Shown in pieces: positions 25,858-38,073 of a DNA stretch of 64,000 nucleotides. Below the pieces are notes generated by a model, which searched no databases, had not been told where the DNA came from, and saw nothing but the letters and a program-made list of their open reading frames with translations. Both the position numbers and the translations under genes were made by a program. Numbering within the stretch: position 1 is the stretch's first letter; every line of letters begins with the position of its first letter. The DNA comes from Lingula anatina (taxonomy: Eukaryota > Animalia > Brachiopoda), in assembly GCA_051362555.1 (NCBI GenBank), contig CM120642.1, forward strand, positions 15,624,001 to 15,688,000. The letters are read 5' to 3'.

Positions 25858-25925
<68 letters not shown>
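25858..25925. repeat. Compound (CT)n(CA)n microsatellite
   Basis: Direct read. Confidence 0.95.
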
Positions 25926-25929
<4 letters not shown>

Positions 25930-26461
25930 AAATCAGTGATAAGCGACATGTAAGTCCTCACTTTCCAATGTGAAAAATGACCACAGATAAGTCATACCTT
26001 TGATAAAAAGTTTTTGCCAACTAGAAGAATACAGTTACTACATGTGCTTTTGTCAAGCATACCCCGGTACGAATCGGGGGCACGGTCTGTTATATATTGT
26101 GTCGAAATATGTAACCGGAAGATAGGGTGCAGTTCTTTACATTGAATTTTATTAATAATGATTGCAACAAAATAACGCAGGTTTTTTTTCTATTAAAAAA
26201 AGCAATATGATTTGTCGGCGGTATCTCTGGTATCCTGTATTCCCTCTGGCCGCAACTGGACCGCCGATGAAATATACTGGGGTGGGGATGGGGGGGGGGG
26301 GGGGGTAGCGGTAAGGTAAACTAAATGGTGTTGACAGACGTTCAAAAATTAAACACTGCACTTATTTTGAGAATTGTCCAGCACAAAAGCGCTGTTAAAC
26401 GTATAAAAGAAGAAAAGTACAAAACAAAACAGTATTCAGTAGTATTTTACTATGTTACTTT

Positions 26462-26464
<3 letters not shown>

Positions 26465-26527
<63 letters not shown>
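26465..26527. repeat. (TA)n microsatellite
   Basis: Direct read. Confidence 0.95.
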
Positions 26528-27684
26528 TGTCTAAATATTGCTCGACTGCTTTGTATTTCTAACCTTTGGCTTAACCCTCTCGATCGAAAACGTAATAACT
26601 TGGTTATGAAAGTGAAGTTGTTATTTTTCTCAGAAGACTTGACTTCTGTCGCTAATAAAAACGTAACCTAAGGTTACTTGGGTTCCTCTGTGATGTCTGG
26701 CGAAACAAGACAGCTAGAAAAAAATACATACAAAAAATAATAATAAAAAAAAAAACAAAGTGATTGTACTTGAAAACTACACTAGACAATCCTCCCTATC
26801 ACAATACATGTGTCCCTCGTGTTTCATGTGTCCTCAGAGAAAATTTCCTAAGATATCTTAGAGTTTAGAATATTTCACAGCACACTGCACTGGCGTTTTC
26901 GTCGTTCTATTGTATTGTCATAAACCTTCCGTTTGGTTTTGTAAAAAGGTGATGGGGGTGTCTTCCCTCCGCCAACGATTTTAGTTTAAAGGCCGAGAGC
27001 TATTAAACCCGGTATTCAAATGTGATGTCCTGCAAATATCAGAGATCTTCGGGTATCATTTCTCTCAACTTTGTTTGACCATATACCTTATACCTTGAAG
27101 GCATTTGCTAATAAACAACTGAAGTCTGTGTGGATTGTTTCACAAAGTTGGCAATGATATACTTAAGACACGTTCCATTCGTCGATCCATCCATCTGCCA
27201 TACGTCTCAAGGGGGTTATCTCTTACAGTTTGCACTAATAACGTTTGCTCCAATAAAGTAAATCAGTGTCCTCATCAGTCATAAGGGGGAAATCGTTACA
27301 TGCACGTCTTACAGATACCGGGTGCTTGTATACCGCGTGCGTCCTCGTAGATTAACGGCACTCACTTGTGCAGCAAGCCGGCAGCTTTTCTTATACAACA
27401 ATAACTCCACGTTGTCAAGATAAGGGCAAAGGTATTAATGATCCTTTCGCTTTGAATCAATTATTGCCAATAATTATTTTACTATAGCGCCAGTGATTGC
27501 CACGAGAAGACCTTTTTACGGACGTTAGTGTTCTAGGGTGCTGTTCTTTGGATGGGTTGTAGATATCATTCACTTAGAAAAGAGTAGTACAGAGTTCGCA
27601 ATTTCAAATTACAAAAAAAAAAAAAAAAAAAAAAAAAGAATGGTGTCGCGCATCTTCCCTCAACTACGGTCTGTAGCAATTCCA

Positions 27685-27826
27685 CAATAATGAACAATTC
27701 AGAGTAGCAAAAGTTGTCAATTTTGTTTTAACAATAGTCCTATAGAAAAACGTCTACAGCAATTTCTCAATAATAATCCATTCATAGCCACAAAAGTTGC
27801 CAATTTTGTTTTTAACAATAGTTCTT
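27685..27826. repeat. Diverged local direct duplication (~85-bp period)
   Basis: caataat...attca...caaaagttg(t/c)caattttgtttt(t)aacaatagt occurs twice. Confidence 0.7.
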
Positions 27827-28387
27827 CAACCACGCATATTAGATTGGCACATGTCTGACCAAAACATTGTAACACTTATCACTTCCTAACACCGTTCTGT
27901 CTTAACCCCTATCTCAAAAGTACGGGTAATATAATAGCCTCTTTGTAGTATCATCACAGTACATGGCCAAGTTTTTTTTTCTTTGCGTGGGAGAACATCG
28001 ATTATCAGATACTCGTCATTTTCGATTTTGTGTTACATTACTCCGCTATTCTGTGCGGGAATGGGAATATTCAGATAGAAGGAGCGGCAACGAGGTGTAC
28101 AGTAAATTCTGACAATAGAAGGAAAACGCTTGCACTAATAATCCACCATTAACTAAATGCCAATAATGAACTCGATCTGGAGGTTTTGTTTTCGATGACG
28201 AGTTAGAGGAGAAACCCAATACTATCAAGTAATAAATCAAAGTTCACATTGAATATCGAAGCGGAAAGTTACCCACTTATCCAATTTTGAAGGTACGTCA
28301 ACAGAACCAGGAAATGGATGGAAACACCGAAAGCAAATCCTCCAGTTTTACGTCAGAAATTCTTCGGAACTGGCATTTAGATAGATA

Positions 28388-28806
28388 TGACTGCGTTCCC
28401 ATAACCCTATCGTACTAGCAGGATCGATCGTTCTCAGCGGGGATTCTCGCCAAGGCGCAGACAATGTAAGGCGCAGTCTGGCATGCCCCCTCGCAAAGCA
28501 ACATGAACAACATCAGGGGCGGATCCAAAGTTATTTTCTGACAGTCTTCCAATTTTTGACCGTCTTCCGACAGAAAAAATTAGATACCCGTCAACGTAAA
28601 CTTGAAAATCTGACCGTCTTCCGGAAGTCCCAGAAGACGCCCTAAATCCGCCCCTGAACATCGTGGACCACAATGTTTACCCGACTTCATCCAAGTTCTT
28701 AAAGTTACGAGGGGGCATAGCAGAAAATAAACTGAATACAATTAAGCGACAATCCCCGAGGAGTTAGATCGATCCAACTAGTACGATAGGGTTATGGGAA
28801 TGGTCA
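28388..28806. mobile_element. MITE with long (~60 bp) imperfect TIRs, host of a nested element
   Basis: Left TGACTGCGTTCCCATAACCCTATCGTACTAGCAGGATCGATC; right GATCGATCCAACTAGTACGATAGGGTTATGGGAATGGTCA (reverse complement). Confidence 0.85.
28514..28656. mobile_element. Nested 143-bp MITE with 5-bp TSD (hAT-like CAGGGG termini)
   Basis: TIRs CAGGGGCGGAT / ATCCGCCCCTG; direct repeat AACAT at 28509-28513 and 28657-28661; internal repeats of TGAC(A/C)GTCTTCC. Confidence 0.8.
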
Positions 28807-29214
28807 CTATTGGTGCATAGCCTTCTATTTTTTTAGGCAGTATCATGATTACCCACGCCAACCTTCGATCCACCATACAGGTGCAGAGTATGATGGATCC
28901 AAGCGCCGACTGATCGATAATTTTTTTCTAATCCCTTCCCATATACATGTAGTTGTCTTTTAATAAACAATGTAAACTTATGTAGAAATGTTACTTACAG
29001 TAATGATAACGTGTGGTGACCCATTTACCTTTTATTATATCGACCTGGTCCAAAGGGTGTTTTTTACTCCCAAGGACGTGGTACTTTGAGAAGATAGGTG
29101 ATTCTGCTTTTGTCTCTTTTACACATAGTATACTAAAATGAAATTTGAACTTAGACTCTACACGTATCTTGGCTTTCTATGTCTCAAATGAACTCATAAA
29201 ATACAGCTCAGTTA

Positions 29215-29438
29215 TACCCCCTTTACACTGGACGGCGTCCTTTCTGCGTCCTTTCTGCGACCATGAAATTTGGCATCGCTGTGGTCGTAATAAGGAGGCA
29301 CGAGCATTGATTCTGTATCAGAATGAATGCTCAATGATCGGCCAGTTGTCGGCACGTAAAGTATTATAATTTTTTAACTCTCAAATGGGGCCGTACTGCT
29401 GGACGCAGAAAGGACGCCGTCCAGTGTAAAAGGGGCTT
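29215..29438. mobile_element. ~224-bp MITE, family copy 1
   Basis: TIRs CCCCTTTACACTGGACGGCGTCCTTTCTGCGTCC / GGACGCAGAAAGGACGCCGTCCAGTGTAAAAGGGG; near-identical copy at 60145-60368. Confidence 0.9.
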
Positions 29439-32400
29439 TACTGAACTTTACAGTTACAGCCCGATTTGCTGAACCTCTCAATGCGCGTTAAAATCGGGGC
29501 GTAAGTAAGCTCATCACCTATATTTCATGGGGACAAAATGGATTTTCCCGGGGAAATAAGAAACTTTCTGGTGCTCACGAATGAATTATCTATCCTTCTC
29601 TGCACTAGTATTCGACTGTTAAATAAAGTTATATAAAGGTTATATAAAGGTTTAGTTTAAAATGACCGGCCAGTCATTATAACCGGCGACCATCTTCCTA
29701 AGTTGTAATGGAAGTATAAACGTCGGGTACAATCCAGAAAAATATTTGAGAGCTTAAATCGTTTTTAAGGCGTATGTAAGGTTTAATAAGAAGCTGTGGG
29801 TGGCGAAAATAAGCATTTGGGGGATTTCAAACCCATGGTGTTTACCTTTAAGTGTCTTGTGTGTAAGAGAGTCAAAATATCAAAATTATCAATATACTCA
29901 ACGTATTTCCGTCTTGAGAGTTCAACCTCCCTTGTGGTCGCAATCAATCTGTACCAAAGTCTCACCGTTGAAATGTCGAACAAATGACAGAATTTTTATA
30001 CTGCTGTCTTCAAACTGGTTTGCAAGACCTTGTCATTGCTAGAATTAATAAAGGGCACCAGCGCATTACTTCTATTCTTCTTACACAATGGTCAGAAATA
30101 GGAATTATTCCCCTGAAAATGTACATTTGCCTACGTTTTGAAGTATACATGTAGCATATAGAGCAAAATATGTTTTTATATATACAAATATCATGTCCCT
30201 TAAAATATTTCCCAGATTTTGATACTTTTTTCATTCTTCTTTATATTATATATTGATAAAATATAAGCATTCTTTACTTAGAGACTAAATAACATAGGTA
30301 TAACTCGACAAAACGTTTTGTTAGACATGTCATTTAGTTTCTGTATGTAAAGAAAATTTCTATTCAATTATTTAATTCATCTAGAATTCTATATGACTCA
30401 AACACGTGCCTTTGTTTTATAAGACACTTATCCTTTGTTTTTAAGTACATGGAAGAAAGACATTAATCAATTCGCCTCATAAAAAAGTAAAACATGAATG
30501 CAAAAGGGGAATTTGTTGGCTTTTATATTTTATTTGGAGTTGTTTAGAGGGACTTCGGTCTATGATGAGGTAATTGTAATTTCAAATTGAATTGAATTCA
30601 AATTTGACCATATCTCTATTCATAACCAGTTATTGTGTAAAGAAATATTCAGAAAATAAGGGAAGGTCTTGAATAAGGGAACGCTTAAGTTACAGCAGCA
30701 AATAATTGGTGGGCAACAAACCCTATTGCGCCATTGTCTGCAACAGATAGTCGATCATAGGCGTAATCTGCCCGGTCAATTAATTAACACTTATCAAATA
30801 CCGCTGGGTGTTATTCAGCTTAATCGTAAAAAAGCGTTTATATTCTGTATATTGCCATCATTAATACTGTTCGCTATCTCTAATCATACGACTATTGCCG
30901 GAAAACATTACGCTTGGTTTCTGTACAGATCAGGGGCTTTGACCTAGCTCTTTCTCTCCAACAGAGATTCGGTTGGCTTTTCGTGCTTCAAGGAATTATA
31001 TTATGCCGTACAAACAAAGTGCAAAGATATATTAGAGGGCGAGGGCAAGGACGAGTTCCTGTAGATTCATTGTTTTTCTTGATATTGACGACAATATAAC
31101 AAATTAAAAATGAAAATACATGTAATTTATTGCCAGAAGCGAGCAGGAAGAAGTAAGTGAGGGGAATTGACAGTGTGAACGGGCCCCCATACAAAGTCAA
31201 GGTCATATCACGCTCATTCAACTCTTGTGGATTTGTACCGTTAAATGCGATCAAAAGCCGTGTATGTGAAAGGGCAGAAAGAAATGACGTTATGTTTTCT
31301 TTAACAAAGTTATAAGATAAGCAAAGAGTTAAATGAACTTTTTTGCCAGTGCGAATAATATACATTGGCATTAATACATTTGTCCGGTCTATTTTGGTTT
31401 TGTTTTTTTATCTAAAACAATACCTATTACCATAAGTTATAGCAGGAGTTAGTTGAGGGGGGTTCTTTTGTCTTTTCCAGCAAATTTGACCCCATAAAGC
31501 AGATAGTGAGAAGACATTCAGTAGACACTGGATTAATGGTGTCGATAGAGAGAGAACAGGTAGGTTTATTCACCCTTGCTCACAGACACGACAAGTAAAG
31601 CAACAAACCAATGCATAAACAACATCAGTAATGGCCTTGTAGAAATAAAGAAATGAACTCCAAATCAAGCACTGGCAAAGGGGAATCATTACCTAATGCA
31701 AAGGGTGAAACACGAAATTATATAAGTGACGCATGATCGAAAAATAATTTCTTGTCTTGCACTCTATTTTGTGTTAAATTGGCCCTATATATTGGAAATC
31801 ACTTCAAAAATATACATTTACCCAGTTGGTCAGAATTATTGTAATCCCATGACACTACAATCAAGTGAGAGACACCACCAAAAGAAGCCATACCACAATA
31901 TTAACTTAATAATAACCTCGAAAAATCCACAGCAATCTTTTAAAAGCAGACATTTCATTCGCCGCGATGACGGTACTATCTGGCAATCTCAATAAGCTAA
32001 TGAGATACGCCTTGCCTTTGATGACGACAATCCGCTTCGATTACATAGATGTTCTTGACAGACTCAGCTTCGACACGAGTATCAGTACAGTCCCAAGAGA
32101 ACGACAGGGAGAATTATCCGCGCACAGGTACAGCTCGGTAACCATAGGAATATAAAGTTGATGTTTCTTTAATAGGAAAACAGGGCACATTTTGGTCTTA
32201 AAACAGTTGCACACTGCACGTGATCAGAAGAGCAAAACTTCATCGGCGTCTTTATCAGGAGCAGTACAACATACTGCGTTTCCAACACTGCGGCAGACGG
32301 GAGTGGCTGTGATCTTCGCTATCCGATTTCTGCGCCAAACGAAGCCAACGCAACGAGGCATACATTGCAATAGATCGTTGTTTATGTAAAAATATACACC

Positions 32401-32680
32401 AAATTGTCTGACCTGTGTAGGAAGAAACCGGGGACCACTTTTATCCGCCCACGTGATACGATTCCAACTGTTGTCTAATATATCTGATTTTAGGACATTG
32501 GATAAAATGATCCGAATTCAAGATTAAGAGCAAGACGAAGTCCAGGTTAAAAGGAAGGCGAAGTTCGATTATTGATGTCACAATCTTGTTGAATAGGTGA
32601 CTAGCGTTGATCAAGGTGAAGAGAAACCGAGATCATTGTCCAAAGTCTCAGTCCGCAAATTAGGGTCCAGTCAAGTTGTC

Positions 32681-35600
32681 ATGGTAAGTGTATAATGTTT
32701 CCTGTAGCTTTTGAAACCAACAGAGAAATAGAGTTTTCGGTAAAAAAAAAACTTGTTGACAATTAATCGTTCCTTTTATTGATATTAAGCGTCTTTAACC
32801 ATTTTTCAATAATTTTCGTTCATTTACTTAGGGGAAATCCGCATGTTGAAATAAGATTGTTGACGGACACTGACAGACATGATGAAATTAAGCTATACAG
32901 TGGTGTGCACGATTAATGTTGAATGTAGTCCCCTTAAAGACTTTCAAGGCTCGATCGATTCTGTTCAAGAAGCGTAACATGTAAGGAAATGTCGAAACGG
33001 CAAAATAAGCCACCTTAACTGGGTTTCCCATTAGCGCAGAATTTCAGGATAATCAACAAACATCCAATTTTCTCTCAGAGTCTGCTACAAGAACACTTGG
33101 TTTAATCAAAGCAAGATCTCAAACAAAACAACAGCACAGCAAAAGAAAAAATGTAGAGTTACTGTGTAGCCCGAATAGTAGTATGGGTAGGGTGTTAGGG
33201 GATTCTTCGCTAATAATGATTGCGAAAAAATTTGCGTGAAGCTTTTTAAAGGTATCACCTAGCGACAAAAAAGTTACAACCTCGTTATCCACATCTTTGC
33301 TCCTAAAGTTAGCCTTTAAGGTAAATCAGTGTGGTTTCCAATTAAATATGGTACATATCTACGTATCTTTAGGTTCTGGAACGATCTAATAAATATTCTA
33401 AAGCAACAGAATTGCGATGCAGATTTCCACTGAAGATTTTAAATGAAATTGGTAGTCTGAAGTTAGTGATGCTTAGGGTAACATTATTAATCAATCATAT
33501 GTTGATAATTAAGACATTAAAAGTTTTTTTGGTGACACGTTTCACTTTTGAATGAAAAGCAGAAAAGAAAAACATTTACTGTGTCCAATTCTTATGGACG
33601 TTTTACTGTTATATGTTGAAACTGGAAGATAAACAAACGCACCCGTTAATGGAAATGTTTGTCAGATTTGCTCAAATGATGTGCAAGATTCTTATTTCAG
33701 CGCACTTGTTGTAAACACAAAAAAGATATCACAGAAAAAGATAATATTGGTCTTCAAATTAATAGAATTATTTCTTTGGAAAATAGCAAGTGAAGAAATT
33801 AAGACAACTTGTAAAATGTATAAGCACAATGTATGCTATATGGCAAGGACGATTTACCAGCACATAAAGTGGCTTATAAGCCAGAAGTGTTGGGTGCTTT
33901 TTTATTCTGTAGCATAAGACAATAGCATCAATTATTGAATATTAATAATATTAACAAAATCAACTCTAGGACCACTGCAAATATCTTCAATTTTACTAGA
34001 GCTTATGTGTGTACAATGCAAATTGATCATTAAAGTTTGCATAAAGGTAGGCCTACTGCCAACAATCTCTGAAATCTCTTTTAAAAACCTGAACTTCGGA
34101 GACTCTTCTCCACTTTCCCCTTAAATTAAGCAAATGTCTGTAACGCAATACTGAGCTGTATTTGCAATGATTGCCTTGCTAACAGAATAAACGAATTTGA
34201 TCTCTAAAATGGATAATTACCGAGATTTTATCTCCCATAAGACTTCCATTGGCTTAGCCGCGTGCCTCTTGATTAATTACTGTTAACAGGAGTACATCAG
34301 CAAATTGCTTAGATCTAAATGGCGTACAGTTAAGTTAGTTTCAAACAAACGTAAATTGATCAAGACGTTCGAAGACGTTATCTAATTCCAAGCTAATCGT
34401 ATTTTTTGCAATATTTTGTACCTTCTCTCCAGAGTTTGCCAAAACCCCGACTAAATAATTCCCTGTAAGACGACCACGTCTTCATATTTTTTTCAGGGAT
34501 CGTATACTTTCAAATCAGCCTTGTTACAAAGAACATGCCATCTTCCGTGTATGTCACTCCATGAATAGGCCATCAATAATTGTATAAGAGCCCATTATAG
34601 AGAAGACGTCATTTTTTTTTCATGAAACCGTGACTACAGGTTGAAGACAAATGAGACCAGAGCAGTCGCCACCGTATAACAACAGAATCTTTTTATTTGC
34701 GATATGCGTCATCATTATCGATAATGATTTTATTAACTACAGGCCTACGCGTTCGTAGCATATGCACTTGTTTACAAGTTACTTACCTTCTTTGAATAAA
34801 AATATATTGACACCTCTTTTTTAAAATTATAGTAACAGGGACTTTCTTTATTGTCAAAACGTCATGATTAGGCCACTTACTTCGACAACATTGTCTTCAA
34901 AAAATTGTTTTCAACATTTCTTCATACCGGTAATGGCCAACAGTAAACACTTTCTCAATTTGTATCGAAACACTTATTGGTATCTCTATTGTTAAAGAAA
35001 ATATGTGGGTTCCATAAAAGATTAAAATGTACAAAGAATTTAGGACTTAACCTAATGTGAACATATGCCTTTTACAATGAACCTGTAGGTTTTTTTCTGT
35101 TTGACAACAAGCGATATTAGCAACCTTGATTACCAGGGATTTGTAAAGGCATATGGCTTCGGGTACCCAGGAAGATGTACATAAGATCCTTGGTGCTGGT
35201 TTTCAAGGACTTAAAATAATGCCTTACATGATAACCAAACGTTGTACATTTCGCCCAAGAAAGTAAAAATAAGATGATATACCAAATATCTTTTTTGTTC
35301 GGCATGTATGTGTCCATTACTCTCACTGCTGAAATTGTATGGATCTTATACCACCACCATCTCATAAACTCGCAGCCGATGTAGGTGACTTGTCGACCGA
35401 AAAGTGCTTCATAAAGCCGGCTGACACCTTCCTCCCTCTCCGACTTCATCATTCATCATTCACGCATTCATTCATGCATTTATCAGTCTATTTTATTGTC
35501 TAAAACTCGTGCCCCATGTTAGCTTGGTTTATTCACATGAAAGTCATCCATTAAATATATTCTCTTCTACGGACGACTCCCGAGCCAATAACTCTCTTTT

Positions 35601-37668
35601 TACACACTCGGCCTATGTACTTGAATACCTCCCTGAACCCCCAGACTTCTAACCCGACTCCTGTCTCGTTCATGAGTTTGTTTCATATGCTTCAAAATAA
35701 GCAAAATTCACAAAAAAAGTTTTATCATGGACCTAATGAGAGAAGGTCTCTCATTAGGTCCATGGTTTTATGTTCTAAGTAATACGCAAAATTGTACGTT
35801 TTGTTCATTGAAAGGCCCCTGTCTTACCGTTATCCTGGATCCGCCCCTGAGCCATGGTGAATAATATCTATTCAGTAATAGATAGGCTTCTTCTTTAATA
35901 AAAAAAGAGAAAAATGGTAGTCGATAAACAGTGACAAAAATACTGAGCAGATCCGTGAAGTGTTTAAATAAAATGTGGCAGTAAAACAATTAAAGCTATT
36001 CTACGATGTGCATTATAGAGAAGATGCATCTTTTTACGTGACTAACTATTTAAGGGATGCGCAGGAATAGAGGAGATATTTTTACACTACTAACAAAGAG
36101 GCTAATTTACATCAGATCCTGGTAATTGAATTGGCACCACGTTATTCGATACTTACTGCAAATTGTGATGTATTATCAGTTTTGTGCTTCATAATGTTTC
36201 TTTAATGGTTCTCTCTTTTCTTATTCTCTTGGTGTGTTCCGTTTAGTTATGATGATTTTCAAGCACAAAAAGTGAGAGACGGATTATTATTGTTGTTTCT
36301 TTTTTATGATTTTGTAATTTTAGATATAAATATTTCGACAACTTTCAAGCACGTACTGGGTACAGTGTAGTAGAAGCCAAATTTAACACATGGGTTTTTT
36401 TTTAAATTTGTCTTGGAAGGTTGGGCAACTCTTTTAACGTGGTATTTGAGGCTTATAAACTTAAGGTTTGATATGATTTGGGTCAAGTGATATTAGTGGA
36501 TTCGTTTGTCTTGATCAGTGGTCGCGAAGAAGCTAACATCTCAGTCAAGCCAGATATTCTTGCCGTTACATTACGCCATTACAGCTGCTGTATTCATGTA
36601 CAGTTTGTGCATTAATTTATACAAAAAACTCAGGAAATGATTAGAAAATGATCGATATTTAGCAAATGGATATTCAGAAAGAAAAAATGGACGCTAAACT
36701 TAATATGCCAACTTTCTATAGATTTCCTCTGGGACGCTACTGGAGGAGAAAATGTTATTCAAGAACTGTCTTACTACCAGTAGTAACTGCGTTCATATCC
36801 TCATTGTTAGGTTTTTATCATTCTCCTTCTCTTGGTCGTAAACTCCTCTTCAAGTTCCAATAATAGTTTGAGATTCTCTGAGTTAAAACGTAACGCCTCG
36901 AGTGTATTGGATCCCGTCCACTCATTTGCTATCAAGCCAATTACTGTCACATGGCTGAAAAAGAACTACGTATCCATGTAGTAATGAGACAAATAGTACG
37001 TGAGATTTCAATTAATCTCTTTTGAATGATGTTTAAGTTCTCACATCCTGAAAAACATTTAAACATGTTATATTTTTTAGGACACACAGCGCGTCGGCTG
37101 CGTTTTCGTGTACACCTTCGTCGTCATGTGTGCCACTGTAACTGGACATTGGATAGGATACACGGATGGCGTCACAGAGAACAAAAACGGGCCAAAAGCT
37201 TTGAGTCAGCTTCTAGAAATACAGACACCCAATTCAGCCCCTGGTCGGTTGCCTCTACGCCAAAGATTTAACCGACTGTTTTCGAAGCGTCAGCCCTTGG
37301 GTGGCCCGACAGACAGCGATGATGAATTTCTTGAAGAGGAAAAAATCACCATTAACCAAAATCCGCCACCTACGCTCTGGCAGGGCCTTCTCAGATTCTG
37401 TCAGTTCGAACCAGCGTCTTCGTTATTACTCTGCAACGTGGTGACTAATTATTTCCATGACCCAGCGACGGCGGCCATGTTAGGAGCCATGTCTACCTTC
37501 AGGCAGCACGAGGGATTTCAAGAAAACCAACTCGGTGAAAACAGGATGACGAAGAAATCAAATTTCTGGCAACCTCTTGGTGCCCCTGGATATTTTGGTT
37601 CTGACACATCTGGGTCTAAGCAAGGGAATGCTGGAACTGGTGCTAAACCAACATTCCGCTGGGGTTAA
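32681..37668 (+). CDS. NKY (neuropeptide KY)-like amidated neuropeptide precursor, ~196 aa
   Basis: ATG at 32681-32683 is followed directly by a gtaagt donor. The acceptor ttttttag at 37080 opens an in-frame exon 37081-37668, giving signal peptide MDTQRVGCVFVYTFVVMCATVTG, dibasic sites (KR, KK) and a C-terminal peptide SNFWQPLGAPGYFGSDTSGSKQGNAGTGAKPTFRW-G-stop (Gly amide donor). FWQPLG...FR(Y/W)G is the lophotrochozoan NKY layout. AATAAA at 37954-37959. Confidence 0.75.
35726..35764. repeat. Perfect 18-bp inverted repeat with 3-nt loop
   Basis: CATGGACCTAATGAGAGA-agg-TCTCTCATTAGGTCCATG inside the neuropeptide intron. Confidence 0.9.
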
Positions 37669-38073
37669 TAGGTCTCTAATTTAAGTTATGCCCATGTGCG
37701 GAGACGCAGACCGTATATTTTAAAAGGACTGTACCTCGTGTAGAATAAGTCGCCGCCAGTTTAACTTGACTTGGAATCGCATATTTGTTTGACTTCATTC
37801 TACCAGTTCAATTAACGTTCATTTGCTATGTCTGGCACTTTGAACAAAGCATGGTAAATAGCTCTAAATATTTTATATCTGACACCTGTTCAGCTTGGCA
37901 AACACTGCCTTGGTATACATGTTACTTTTGCAACAACACATTACAAATGAAGAAATAAATTACTCTGGTGCCTTTAGATTGGAGTTTATTTCATAGTTTA
38001 TTTCAATCGAACTTGCTGCACATCTTTCTCATGTGTGCAAAATTGGCGCCAAAGAAGCCTGGCCAAAGCTTAA

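Noticed and set aside
23610-32680. Search for tRNA, SINE, ncRNA or hidden genes between KLHL20 and the neuropeptide gene
   Set aside because: No tRNA A/B boxes with cloverleaf, no phase-consistent exon chain, only short spurious ORFs and MITEs.
37081-37668. Luqin/RYamide or leucokinin assignment for the FRWG peptide
   Set aside because: Luqin precursors place the peptide directly after the signal peptide with a C-terminal Cys pair, and kinins are multi-copy FxxWG-amides needing a further Gly. Here a single long C-terminal peptide with FWQPLG fits NKY better.
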